In this document: positions 36,891-46,420 of the stretch, piece by piece
How the letters are laid out: every line of letters begins with the position of its first letter
Numbering within the stretch: position 1 is the stretch's first letter
From: a virus
Direction: 5' to 3' (one strand)
IMG/VR virus record: IMGVR_UViG_2931359275_000001
DNA length: 64,000 nt
Made by a program: the position numbers and the translations under genes
The notes under the pieces: model-generated
The model's database searches: none
Told to the model about the DNA's origin: nothing
The model's input: the letters and a program-made list of their open reading frames with translations, nothing else

Positions 36891-39229
36891 TAAGCACCCC
36901 CTGCATAGCTCACACGTTGCTGTTGTTGCATAGCCCGAGCAATCATGGTCTGAATCTCGGTTTGATGCTCACGCAGCATTTTGGCAAATTTCTCTTTCGT
37001 GCCTGGCAAAGGGTCGCCTTGAATGGTCAGCTGCGGGCTGTACGTCATTTGCATGATTTGTGATGGCTTGCTACCGCTACCGTTTGCCACTGGATTTAAT
37101 GGCGGACTCTTTGGCGCAATATTGGCTGCCGCAGCATAAGTTGGCGCAACAGGTGCGGCTTTCGCTGGCAGACTCACTGGCGCATGAGGTAAAGGCTTTG
37201 GGTTTTGCGCTACATTTTGCGCCGGTGCTAATGCAGGGGCAGCCTTAGCCACCATCACCGGATCAGCATTAGCTTTTACGCTGGATGCTGCGGCATAAGC
37301 GGGTATAACGCTTTGTACGACAGGCGCGGCAGTGGCCGCCGCATAACTTGGCGCTGCGGCACTCAAAGCGCGCGGTTTTTCAGCTTGATTAAATGTTTTA
37401 GCACTCATCTCACCGAGCTTTTGCCCCAAACTACTGCCGACAAAGCCACCAATTAAACCACCCAAAGCCCCGCCAATCGCGGTGCCAACTCCAGGCGCAA
37501 TCAGCGTGCCAATCATCGCACCGCCTTTTGCACCCAAGACCGCACCACCCCAAGCGCCACCCGCGCCACCCACAATGCCACCGGCTTTTTCTACTTTTTG
37601 CGCGGCGCTCATTTTTTTATCGGTCGATAATTCATAAGCACCATACGCCAAACCTGCAACAGCAGCCGCCGCGCCAGCGCGTCCAGCCCATTTGCTCACG
37701 CCGCCGGCCATTTTCCCCCAGCGGCTGGGCTTAGCCGCGCCTGCAGGTCCTGCCGTACCGACTGCACCGGCGTTACGACCAAGATCAGGCACACCGACTC
37801 CGCCACCGGGCATATTGACGACAAACACGCGTTGAACCGCCGCACCGGCTAAAGCCGACGCAGCATCGGCAACGCCAGCGCCTTTTTTCTTACCAAACAA
37901 ACCACCCAGCGCCGCGATGGGCTTCATCACGCCGCCGGCCATTTTGGTGATCAAACCCAAAGTCATCGCCACTGCACCACCGGCCAGCAATAAGCCGCCC
38001 AGCGCCAAAGTACCAATGCCAATCGATTTGGCGAGCATTGGGTTTTGCTTGATGAAGGTATCTAACTTTTGCGATAAGGTGCCAAAGAGTTCGGCGGCTG
38101 ATTTCAATTCAGGCGCCATCGCTTCACCAAAACTAGCCAGCGCATTGGTAAACGTACCTGACGCGGCATCCCAAAGGTTTTTTAACGTACCGAGCTGCGC
38201 ATTCACCCGTTGCTGCAATGTGGCTTGCCGCGACAATTTATCAACGACTTCGTTGTAACCGCCTGCGCCTTTCTCAATCACCTTGCCAAGTACCTGCATG
38301 GTTTCGGCATCATCGCCAAAGATTTCTTTTAACGCGGCCAAACGTGTGACCGTATCAAGGTTTTTCATTTTGTCGAGCTGGGCCATTAAATTGCCCATAC
38401 CGCCAAATTCACCCTTGCCGTCAGTAAAATCAAGCTTGATGCCTTGCGATGCCAGCGCAGCATTGGCTTTAGCGACTTTCTTGGTGTCTAAGCCCAACTG
38501 AATGGTTTTGCGTAAGGCATTACCTGCTGCTTCGCCCTGCATGCCCATCTGATCGAACATCACCGCGAACGGGGCCATTTCTTTGGCGGCATCCGCGCCC
38601 TTGCGCTTCATGGTATCCATGGCGGGGGCCATCTTGGCGTAAAACGCCAGCATATTGTCGTCTTTCACCCCCAAATTAACCGAGCGCTGAATGGTGTCCA
38701 TCAGCGACATCATGTCTTTTTCGGTCGTCCCCGTGGCATCTTGCATCTTGGCGGCAAATTCCGCCGCTTGCTCAGGCGATTTTTTAAGCAAAACGCCCAT
38801 GTAAGCGGCTGATTCACCGACACCACCCAAGATTGCGTCGTAGCTCATCCCTTGTTTGACCAAGGTGGACATCATGTTTTGAAAGTCGGCGGTCGTACCC
38901 GGTAAGGTCGTTCCCAGCTTTAAAGCTTTGGCATTAATTTCATCGAATTTTTTATCAACAACACCGCCAGCGCCCATCATGGCGACTTTTAAACCCGTCG
39001 CTGCGTCTTCTGCATCAGCAAAAGCAGCAATTGGCTTCGTCATCAAGCCCGTTAAAATCGCGCCGTCGGCCATCATGCTCATGCCTTTGCCTGACAGCTT
39101 TTGCGACACCGCATCAAACTTTTTTTCTAATCGATCTAAACTGCCAATCGATTTATTTGCGGCGCCACTGATCACCGATGACATGTGATCAAACGCTTTG
39201 AGCTGAATGCCGAGCTGTAACATATCCAT
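36890..39229 (-). CDS. Tape measure protein
   Basis: 779 aa Ala/Gly-rich, TP901-type core. Confidence 0.9.
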   Translation of the reverse strand: MDMLQLGIQLKAFDHMSSVISGAANKSIGSLDRLEKKFDAVSQKLSGKGMSMMADGAILTGLMTKPIAAFADAEDAATGLKVAMMGAGGVVDKKFDEINAKALKLGTTLPGTTADFQNMMSTLVKQGMSYDAILGGVGESAAYMGVLLKKSPEQAAEFAAKMQDATGTTEKDMMSLMDTIQRSVNLGVKDDNMLAFYAKMAPAMDTMKRKGADAAKEMAPFAVMFDQMGMQGEAAGNALRKTIQLGLDTKKVAKANAALASQGIKLDFTDGKGEFGGMGNLMAQLDKMKNLDTVTRLAALKEIFGDDAETMQVLGKVIEKGAGGYNEVVDKLSRQATLQQRVNAQLGTLKNLWDAASGTFTNALASFGEAMAPELKSAAELFGTLSQKLDTFIKQNPMLAKSIGIGTLALGGLLLAGGAVAMTLGLITKMAGGVMKPIAALGGLFGKKKGAGVADAASALAGAAVQRVFVVNMPGGGVGVPDLGRNAGAVGTAGPAGAAKPSRWGKMAGGVSKWAGRAGAAAAVAGLAYGAYELSTDKKMSAAQKVEKAGGIVGGAGGAWGGAVLGAKGGAMIGTLIAPGVGTAIGGALGGLIGGFVGSSLGQKLGEMSAKTFNQAEKPRALSAAAPSYAAATAAPVVQSVIPAYAAASSVKANADPVMVAKAAPALAPAQNVAQNPKPLPHAPVSLPAKAAPVAPTYAAAANIAPKSPPLNPVANGSGSKPSQIMQMTYSPQLTIQGDPLPGTKEKFAKMLREHQTEIQTMIARAMQQQQRVSYAGGA

Positions 39230-39244
39230 GAGAACCCCCTTTTA

Positions 39245-39412
39245 TTAATCTGGCTGGCGATGCAAATGGTTGTGATAAGCCACGGCCTCAGCACAACAAG
39301 CAGCCAATTCATCAGCGGGCATCGCATCAACCGCAGCTTCTGACCAGCCGTACGTGGCATACAAGTGCGATATGGTCAGCAGCGAAGGGTGATCACTGAT
39401 CAGAGCTTTCCC
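39245..39412 (-). CDS. GpE'/gpGT-like -1 frameshift extension of tail assembly chaperone
   Basis: GGGAAAG slippery site at 39406-39412; -1 frame is open and reads YGWSEAAVDAMPADEL, a GpE'-like motif. Confidence 0.8.
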   Translation of the reverse strand, partial: GKALISDHPSLLTISHLYATYGWSEAAVDAMPADELAACCAEAVAYHNHLHRQPD

Positions 39413-39693
39413 AAGGTCACTTCAATCAATAAATTGACGTCAACAGCAGTGAATTCGTCCAGCTCTTCAGCAACAATGCCTTTGCCGTCGATTTTAGTAA
39501 TTTGCGCAATCATGGCAAACAAATAATCCGCGCCGCCAGCTTGCGCTCGACGAGCCAATTTAATGTGTTTGCCCATGGGTTCAATTTGCTTGGCACGCTT
39601 ACCGGATGGCAATAAAAAACCGCCATCATCGGCGGTTTTCTGATTCACTTGCTCGGTCACTTGATCGGTTGCTTGCTCGGTTTTTTCAGTCAT
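39400..39693 (-). CDS. Tail assembly chaperone (GpE-like)
   Basis: Between tube and tape measure, ends at slippery site. Confidence 0.8.
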   Translation of the reverse strand: MTEKTEQATDQVTEQVNQKTADDGGFLLPSGKRAKQIEPMGKHIKLARRAQAGGADYLFAMIAQITKIDGKGIVAEELDEFTAVDVNLLIEVTLGKL

Positions 39694-40209
39694 TTAAAGC
39701 CCCAGATTGTTACGAAACTCCGGCTTAACGTCCTTGCCGGCGATTTTAAAAATATTGTTGATCAGATCGATTTCGATCACATCAACCCCTGCGCACACTT
39801 GCTTTAAATACATCACTGAAAATTCAGTTGGGTATTCACTGGCGTCTTGCGGTTTATGTTCGCCCAAGGGGAATTTTTTGCAAGTGCCGGTTAGGAACGT
39901 CACCAAGGATTGCTCTTCAAATACCCCTTCAACGGCATTCCAGCTTTCAACGCTGGAACGCACTTGCAACGCCACCGCTTTATACGGATTGGCATATTGC
40001 AAAAACGTATCGCGGTAAAAAGCATTCCACTTGATTTCGGCAGACAGCTTATCGATACCACCGGGCAATTCCAGCGTGCCAATCATGCCGAGGCCTTTGC
40101 GCTCATTCATCTTCATGGCAATTTCTGGCAGTTTGCATTCCGACGCTTGACCGACGCAGTTATTACCACCGACGTAGACGTTGGCATTGGTTACTTGTTT
40201 CACTTGCAC
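39694..40209 (-). CDS. Contractile tail tube protein (FII-like)
   Basis: VTNANVYVGG...KLPEI..K....KGLGM. Confidence 0.9.
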   Translation of the reverse strand: MQVKQVTNANVYVGGNNCVGQASECKLPEIAMKMNERKGLGMIGTLELPGGIDKLSAEIKWNAFYRDTFLQYANPYKAVALQVRSSVESWNAVEGVFEEQSLVTFLTGTCKKFPLGEHKPQDASEYPTEFSVMYLKQVCAGVDVIEIDLINNIFKIAGKDVKPEFRNNLGL

Positions 40210-40221
40210 GATGCGCTACTC

Positions 40222-41640
40222 CTATTTCACGCTGGCAGCGTATTCGCTGGTCAGCTCAGATTCAAACGTACCGCGCTCAAACGGCGGTGGCGGCATCAAT
40301 TTGTAGTTAAACGTCAAATGCCCATTGGCAAATTCAGTCTCTGGATTGCGCGCCACGTCATACCAGCACTTTCCCCCCAACAACGCCCCATCACCGATCA
40401 GCTTATTGATGAGTTGATTGATCGAATTCACCACGGCATCGACCAACGCCTGATTTTGCAAGCGATCGATATATTGCAAAGTGAAGTAGCGAATCGATTC
40501 ATCAATAATGTCTTGGGTCCGCGTCACACTAATAAACGTACTCAAACCGGATTCACTCGGGAAATTCGCGTTGCGATTGCCCCACAAGCGATAACCGGTA
40601 CCGAATGAATTAAACACCGTCACGATGCCAACTTCATTCAGTGCGTTGACTTCGGATTGTGGATCGTCGATTTTTGCAGTGAGATTGCGCTCAAGGCCGA
40701 CAATGCCGTTAATCTCGGTATTGCTCGGGCTCCACCAATAGCCTTTTTCAACGTCTTTTGCCGCCATCACACCAGCAGCGCGTGCTGATAGCGGCTGCAA
40801 TACCACCGTATCGGTAACGCTGTCATAAACCTTCACATGCGGATAGCACAGCATGGCCGCATCATTGGAGGTATTAAAATTACTATTGGCAACAGGGCCA
40901 CGGCTACTAATGACCTGCGCGACAGTTAAACCCAGCGGCGCATCAATCAAGGCTTTGCCACCCAATTTATCCGCCGCAGCGATCAGCTCGGTCGCCACAG
41001 TGGCCAATGTGGAATAGCCGGTGGCAATTAAAATCTTCGGCGCAAAACCAAACAGCTGATAACAATCGGCCAGTGCTTTTAAACCTAAGCGGCGGCCTTG
41101 CGCATCGATCGTGCCATTGATTTCGGCAGCGGTGATTTTGCTTGGATCGGCATAGGTGTAAGCCAGTTTTAAACTGGCATTAGCAGGCATCGTTGACGCT
41201 GGCGTGCGCTGGCAACGCCCAGTTAACAAGTCAACGGTGTAATCGGTACCTACGGCATACGTTGGCGTGCCACCCGAGCCCGTCACCACCAAGCTGCTGA
41301 CCACAGGAAATACCGTTTTAAATTGCCCGCTAGCATTAACGGTCGAATTTTCAGTCGCAATGGTGGTTTTATGAATCGCCGGATCCAGCACATTCACTAC
41401 CACTACGGTGGCATCGCCTTGATCGTAAATGGCATCCAGCGCATCAGCACAACTAAAGCCAGCTAAATCAGGGCCAAATGCGGCTAAATCTTTATCACTT
41501 AACAATAAAGTTGGCGTATTCACCGGCCCCATCGGCGCGGTACAAATCAAGCCAATCACTGCCGATTTCACAATATTCACCGCGCGCGGACTACGATCAA
41601 CGCGCTGGGTTTCAACCCCGTGCAAATAATTAGCCGCCAT
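40222..41640 (-). CDS. Tail sheath protein (FI-like)
   Basis: MAANYLHGVET, WWSPSN..INGIVG, YRLWGNR. Confidence 0.93.
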   Translation of the reverse strand: MAANYLHGVETQRVDRSPRAVNIVKSAVIGLICTAPMGPVNTPTLLLSDKDLAAFGPDLAGFSCADALDAIYDQGDATVVVVNVLDPAIHKTTIATENSTVNASGQFKTVFPVVSSLVVTGSGGTPTYAVGTDYTVDLLTGRCQRTPASTMPANASLKLAYTYADPSKITAAEINGTIDAQGRRLGLKALADCYQLFGFAPKILIATGYSTLATVATELIAAADKLGGKALIDAPLGLTVAQVISSRGPVANSNFNTSNDAAMLCYPHVKVYDSVTDTVVLQPLSARAAGVMAAKDVEKGYWWSPSNTEINGIVGLERNLTAKIDDPQSEVNALNEVGIVTVFNSFGTGYRLWGNRNANFPSESGLSTFISVTRTQDIIDESIRYFTLQYIDRLQNQALVDAVVNSINQLINKLIGDGALLGGKCWYDVARNPETEFANGHLTFNYKLMPPPPFERGTFESELTSEYAASVK

Positions 41641-41863
41641 GATTTACCCCTTTGCCGGTTTTAACCGGTGCTTTGCTTGCCTCATCGGCACTATTTTCAG
41701 GCTCTTCGACGATGGTTAAATGCCCTAAGCCTGCGAGCATTTGCACTCGCTCATGCTCAACCGGCAATTGCACCGTCATGCCATTGATCAAGACCAGCTC
41801 TTGGCCTTCTGCCAAATGCAAGCCGGTAATTGGCCCTTGGTAGCGATAGTTCGCTGTTTTCAT
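41630..41863 (-). CDS. Small hypothetical tail-region protein
   Basis: 77 aa in operon. Confidence 0.6.
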   Translation of the reverse strand: MKTANYRYQGPITGLHLAEGQELVLINGMTVQLPVEHERVQMLAGLGHLTIVEEPENSADEASKAPVKTGKGVNHGG

Positions 41864-42348
41864 GGTTTCTCCACGGTAATTTGATGCCCATCATCCCGCG
41901 CAAACGTCATTTTTTTCAGCGCAGGAGCGGTATCGGGAACGGGGGTTTCGGTTAAATAAATCGGTACCGAAAAAGTCAGGGAGTAAATAAATAAAGCATC
42001 TTCAAAATCGGGCGGACTGTCATCGACATGCGTAAATGGCTTAATCGCAAAACGCGGTTTAAAGCCAACAATGGCTTGCTTGACCATATCAATTAACGCC
42101 AATGACACACCCGATTGAGGCCGCCAGCGTAGCAATAACACCCAAGTGGTTTGTTGCTCTTGCCGAATCAAATCCAGCGCCATGCCATGCTTACTAGATG
42201 CCCCGCCAGCATAAGCGACCAACACCTCGGGGCGTTTTAATGGCCGCGTCGGCGACAAAACGGCATCTTGACTACTGACCACGTCAACGCTAGACCCCAG
42301 CTGCGCTTTCAATCGCTCGATTAATGCTTTTTCGATTTCATAGAGCAT
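41860..42348 (-). CDS. Tail terminator/completion protein (Mu gp37-like)
   Basis: GAGG RBS before MLYEIEKALIERLK; synteny. Confidence 0.6.
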   Translation of the reverse strand: MLYEIEKALIERLKAQLGSSVDVVSSQDAVLSPTRPLKRPEVLVAYAGGASSKHGMALDLIRQEQQTTWVLLLRWRPQSGVSLALIDMVKQAIVGFKPRFAIKPFTHVDDSPPDFEDALFIYSLTFSVPIYLTETPVPDTAPALKKMTFARDDGHQITVEKP

Positions 42349-42355
42349 GGCGGCC

Positions 42356-42727
42356 TCAATCTTGCGCGGCGGATAACTTGGCTTGATAAATTGAGCCATC
42401 ACCGACCGCTTTAACTTGCCGAACGGCATACAGGCCATGCGGTTTGCCATCGACAGAGATCGAGAGCTCTTCGTAATGCCCCGCATCCACGCCGGCTTTT
42501 AAGCCAGCAAAGGCATCATTTGGATAGGTCACAACAAAATCGGCATCCGGAATCGATAAATCAAAGCCATCGCCATGCGCATCGAGATGAAAATCACGCG
42601 TTGCCGATTCAAACAACACCGCGTGATTGAGTGGGCTACCGCCCGAAAACGGTAGCCACTCAGCTTCAGCACCAAAAGCTTCGGCTAATTCATCCAGTGC
42701 GGCAGCTTGCTCTGCCGCCCAGCTCAT
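42356..42727 (-). CDS. Head-tail joining protein (gpFII-like)
   Basis: Synteny after capsid, beta-rich 123 aa. Confidence 0.6.
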   Translation of the reverse strand: MSWAAEQAAALDELAEAFGAEAEWLPFSGGSPLNHAVLFESATRDFHLDAHGDGFDLSIPDADFVVTYPNDAFAGLKAGVDAGHYEELSISVDGKPHGLYAVRQVKAVGDGSIYQAKLSAAQD

Positions 42728-42930
42728 TGCTCGTTACCGCCACCGCCGGTTTTGTCTAGGCTTTGATCTTCGCCCTGATTTTCAACCGGCTTTTCAGACG
42801 GCTTGCTGGCTTTTTCTGCCAACTGAAGCTCAAGCAATTGCTTGGCATCAGCGGCGGCGGCATCAACGATATCGCCCGGCGCATACGCACCGTTTTTATC
42901 GGTAAAGCTGCAATTCAATTTGATCCACAT
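42724..42930 (-). CDS. Small head-associated hypothetical protein
   Basis: MWIKLN...YAPGDIVD...AKQLLELQLAE. Confidence 0.6.
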   Translation of the reverse strand: MWIKLNCSFTDKNGAYAPGDIVDAAAADAKQLLELQLAEKASKPSEKPVENQGEDQSLDKTGGGGNEQ

Positions 42931-42940
42931 GGCTTTCCCC

Positions 42941-43960
42941 TTACAGTACCGAGGCCGACAAACTGGCGTTAACACGATATGGCACAATCAGCGGTGCTGA
43001 TTGCATCAGTAACCAGCGCACCGACGGGTCTTTTTCTAGCCACGATTTAGAGAAATACGGCAAAGCTTGATAGCCAGATTCTTCATCACGAATTGCGCCA
43101 AAAGCCCGATAGCCTTCAAGGCCCGCTGATGAGCTCATCACCACCGAACCGGTTGGGAACATCGCTTTTTCAGTATCATCCATCGGATCCACAAACCATT
43201 CGGCGTAGGTATAAATCTCAAAGCCGTCGATTGCGCCCATATATTTACCGCCTTCACCCGCTGCGGCTGGCGTGAGCGTCGCAATATTGCTATTGAGGCT
43301 ATTCCAGCGCTCTTTTACTGCCGCATTGTTGCGGAATACTTTCCATGCATCAGGATCGAGCACGACCTTATCTGGGTATGCGCCTGATTTTTGCAGCACC
43401 AATAAAGCCCAGGCTTGCAAATCATCGAGCGGATTCACCCCGCCATCCGTCCATTTAGTGCCAGCACCTTTCACGACGCGCAGCGCGGGGTCGCGCTGGA
43501 AATCCACCAGTGCGGCTGGATAGTTATCGCCAACAATGGTGACCTTGCCGTACAGCAGTACTTCTTTTGCCATCCATTCCAGACGGCGATTCACCATCTT
43601 GATTTGATCGGCCAAAGACGTGCGCAAATTGATTTGAATGCGCTGTTCTGGCGTGTAATTGCCGCCAATGGTTTCGCCTAGTGCGCGACGTAGCGGTGCC
43701 GACGGATCAAAGCGGCGTTTATCTTTGATGTAGGCCGGTTTTAAGCTGTTCACGACGCGGCCATTATCCCCAACGACTTTACCGGCCACCAATGGCGACA
43801 CAAACGGCGCCATACGGCGGCGACCACCTTCAACTTCAAAATGAATTTCTTCAGTCGTTTCACGCTGCTCGAACGGGAAAAACGTGCTCAACAAAAAATT
43901 ACTTGGTAGCGGCAATGCAGCAACAACGTGGCCGAGGACGGCGGTGTTAAAAATATCCAT
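42941..43960 (-). CDS. Major capsid protein E (lambda-like)
   Basis: RRMAPFVSPLVAG, KPAYIKDK, DPSVRWLLMQSAPL. Confidence 0.92.
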   Translation of the reverse strand: MDIFNTAVLGHVVAALPLPSNFLLSTFFPFEQRETTEEIHFEVEGGRRRMAPFVSPLVAGKVVGDNGRVVNSLKPAYIKDKRRFDPSAPLRRALGETIGGNYTPEQRIQINLRTSLADQIKMVNRRLEWMAKEVLLYGKVTIVGDNYPAALVDFQRDPALRVVKGAGTKWTDGGVNPLDDLQAWALLVLQKSGAYPDKVVLDPDAWKVFRNNAAVKERWNSLNSNIATLTPAAAGEGGKYMGAIDGFEIYTYAEWFVDPMDDTEKAMFPTGSVVMSSSAGLEGYRAFGAIRDEESGYQALPYFSKSWLEKDPSVRWLLMQSAPLIVPYRVNASLSASVL

Positions 43961-43972
43961 GAACCCAACCCC

Positions 43973-44332
43973 TTAAAGAATGAAAATGCTTTTAGCGCGC
44001 AGACCATCGAAAATCGATGCCACGCTATGCCCGACACCCAACGTCAACGCGCTGGCATTGAAATCACCGCGCAAATAAATCAGCGCTTCTTTATCACCAC
44101 CGCTGGCATCAACGTCTTGCTGCAAGATGGCATCCGGCACTTGTGAGCCATCCGAAGAGGCGCTGGCCGACAGCATAAATTTGCCGCTGGCGGTGATCTT
44201 GCCGATCACGGCACCACGCTTTAAGTTTTGCCCCGATGCAATGGTGCGCTTCACCACCACGACATCGTCTTCTGATCCCGCCATCAGATTGTCTGGCGTA
44301 AAAACGCCTTCAGTTTTGTTTTGTGCAAACAT
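43973..44332 (-). CDS. Head decoration protein D
   Basis: SGQNLKRGAVIGKIT...DGSQVPDAIL. Confidence 0.88.
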   Translation of the reverse strand: MFAQNKTEGVFTPDNLMAGSEDDVVVVKRTIASGQNLKRGAVIGKITASGKFMLSASASSDGSQVPDAILQQDVDASGGDKEALIYLRGDFNASALTLGVGHSVASIFDGLRAKSIFIL

Positions 44333-44335
44333 CGC

Positions 44336-45598
44336 TTACACCCCCGCAGTTAAAATTTGTTTGGCCATCGCTTCAGCCGTCGTTGCGGCAGACGCATCAC
44401 CACCATCGGCCCCGACGGCTGGATTACCCAGCTCAGCCATAGCCGCAGCAAAATCAGGCTTGCCCGAATTGGCCGCAGGGGTCGCTGGCGTAACGGCAGC
44501 TGCTGGAGCCACTTCAAGTAAACCCGCTACGGCATCGGCAGGCATATCGGTGGTCATGGCTAACTTACGCGCCAATGCTTCGCGCCCTTGGGCTTGCGGC
44601 AAATCTAAAATGGCCGAAATGCGGGTACGTTCTGCCGATTTGGCGCTGGCCGCAGCGGCTTGCTCAGCGCTCGCCAATTGCGCCGCTGTAATGGTGTTTT
44701 CTGCTTGTGACATCGAGTTTCCCTTCAGGTTAAAAACAACAGATTGCGGTTTGGCCGCATCGGAGAGCATTTGCACCGTGTCTTCAATCGACGCGATGCC
44801 GTCTGCAAAACGGCCTGCCACTGCATCATCTGCATTGAGCAAACCTGCTTGCGTGTCGATCACGGCGTGTCGATCAAGCGAGCGACCTTGTGCCACGTGA
44901 TCAACAAACATGCCGTACAGCCGTGTGACTTCGCGCTGAATATCTGAGCGCGTAGCATCATCCAGCGGTGAATGACTATTGCCAGCGGCTTTTTTATCGC
45001 CAGCAAAAATCGGCGTATAGCTAAGGCCTTGCGCTTTATCGCGCTGACTTTGATCAACGTGCATCGCAATTACACCGACTGAGCCGACCATCGCCGTACT
45101 CGGCATGTAGATTTTTTGCGTCGCGCTGGCAATGGCATAGGCGGCGGAAAAAGCCCCTTCATTGGCGTAAGTCCAAATGGGCTTTTGCTCACCCATGGCT
45201 TTAAGCCGAGTCGTTAAAGTGAACATGCCAGCGACACTGCCACCGGGGCTATCGACCTCGAGCAACACGGCTTTGACATCGCGATCGCGCATCGCCGAAT
45301 CGACCAAGGCGGCGACTCGGTCATAGCTGGTCATGCCACAGAGCGCATCCATCCAACCACCGCGTTGTAGCAATGGCCCCATGACAGGAATAATGGCAAC
45401 GCCATTCCCTGCGATCACATAGGGTTTACGCTCGCTCGTTGGCCCCGCACTGGGGGTAAAACTGTCGGCCATCGCTTTGCTGGGCAAACCACCCGACAAG
45501 GCCATATTCATTGCCATGTGCAGCTCTTCGGCTTTATCCAAAGTCAGCATCAGCGGCGTGTTATAAAGCTGGCCGATTAAATGCGGCAGCGTTTTCAT
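44336..45598 (-). CDS. S49 capsid maturation protease with C-terminal scaffold region
   Basis: LEVDSPGGSVAG, AFSAAYAIASA, VGSVGV. Confidence 0.92.
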   Translation of the reverse strand: MKTLPHLIGQLYNTPLMLTLDKAEELHMAMNMALSGGLPSKAMADSFTPSAGPTSERKPYVIAGNGVAIIPVMGPLLQRGGWMDALCGMTSYDRVAALVDSAMRDRDVKAVLLEVDSPGGSVAGMFTLTTRLKAMGEQKPIWTYANEGAFSAAYAIASATQKIYMPSTAMVGSVGVIAMHVDQSQRDKAQGLSYTPIFAGDKKAAGNSHSPLDDATRSDIQREVTRLYGMFVDHVAQGRSLDRHAVIDTQAGLLNADDAVAGRFADGIASIEDTVQMLSDAAKPQSVVFNLKGNSMSQAENTITAAQLASAEQAAAASAKSAERTRISAILDLPQAQGREALARKLAMTTDMPADAVAGLLEVAPAAAVTPATPAANSGKPDFAAAMAELGNPAVGADGGDASAATTAEAMAKQILTAGV

Positions 45599-45762
45599 AC
45601 GGCATACCGCGCTAAATTTCGCTGCATTTGGCGAACACGCCGCGTCATTTCACGAAAGCCACAACCCGACGGGGCCCAGTGCCGCCGTGGTTTTGATCGA
45701 GCCCGAGCCGCACTAAAAAAATCAAAGAAATTTACAAATAGGGTGGATAACAAAAAAGACAT
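45595..45762 (-). CDS. Small basic hypothetical protein (55 aa)
   Basis: Hand-translated MSFLLSTLF...GFREMTRRVRQ; GGGAG RBS, ATGA overlap with protease. Confidence 0.6.
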   Translation of the reverse strand: MSFLLSTLFVNFFDFFSAARARSKPRRHWAPSGCGFREMTRRVRQMQRNLARYAV

Positions 45763-45775
45763 ATCAAACTCCCAT

Positions 45776-45801
45776 AAAAAAACCCGCCATCTAGGCGGGT
45801 T
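45776..45801 (-). terminator. Terminator-like hairpin after gpV gene
   Basis: AACCCGCC/GGCGGGTT with A tract. Confidence 0.65.
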
Positions 45802-45817
45802 AAAAATGAAGGGGTAT

Positions 45818-46420
45818 TTACTTGGGCACTCCAGTGCTACTGCCTCCGGTCAATACACCCCCATGGGTATGCTGCTGTAAACTAATCGAACCGGCTTTCA
45901 CATCACCGCTGGCCTGAACTGAACCACCGAATGTGGCATTACCACCTGCACCACCAGAACTCAATGCACCGGTGATTGTCGTCATTGGCGCATCCAGCGT
46001 AATTGCTGGCGCTTTTAAGGTAATCGACTCAGCGGCAATAATTTCTACTTTGCCACCGGCATCAATGCTGACGTCGCCAATGGCTTTTAAGGTGTATTTG
46101 CCATTGCTGCGGTCGTATTCAATCTTGCCGCCGTCTTCAAACTCGCGCACTACCTTATTCACGTCACTGGTCGGTGGCGCATTGGCATCGGTATAAACGC
46201 AACCGATTACCACGCCAAATTCCATATTCACATCCATCAAGCAGGCGACTGGCTCGCCCAATTTGGGCAAGTCAAAGTGCCGATCACCGATGCTGCGAGC
46301 AAAAATCACCTGCAGCGGCGCACTAACCATACCGTCCAAATCAGCAAACAACACCCTAACACGCGGCGATTCAACAGCACTGACACTGCCAAACTTCAAT
46401 TGCCCTGCTTGTTCAGACAT
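45818..46420 (-). CDS. Baseplate assembly/spike protein V
   Basis: OB-fold start, LPKLGEPVACL, EFEDGGKIEYDR, SLQQHTHGGV..G. Confidence 0.9.
   Translation of the reverse strand: MSEQAGQLKFGSVSAVESPRVRVLFADLDGMVSAPLQVIFARSIGDRHFDLPKLGEPVACLMDVNMEFGVVIGCVYTDANAPPTSDVNKVVREFEDGGKIEYDRSNGKYTLKAIGDVSIDAGGKVEIIAAESITLKAPAITLDAPMTTITGALSSGGAGGNATFGGSVQASGDVKAGSISLQQHTHGGVLTGGSSTGVPK

Noticed and set aside
39245-39412. GGGAAAG -1 frameshift as a novel finding
   Set aside because: Well-established tail chaperone mechanism (lambda G/GT, P2 E/E'); listed as a feature only
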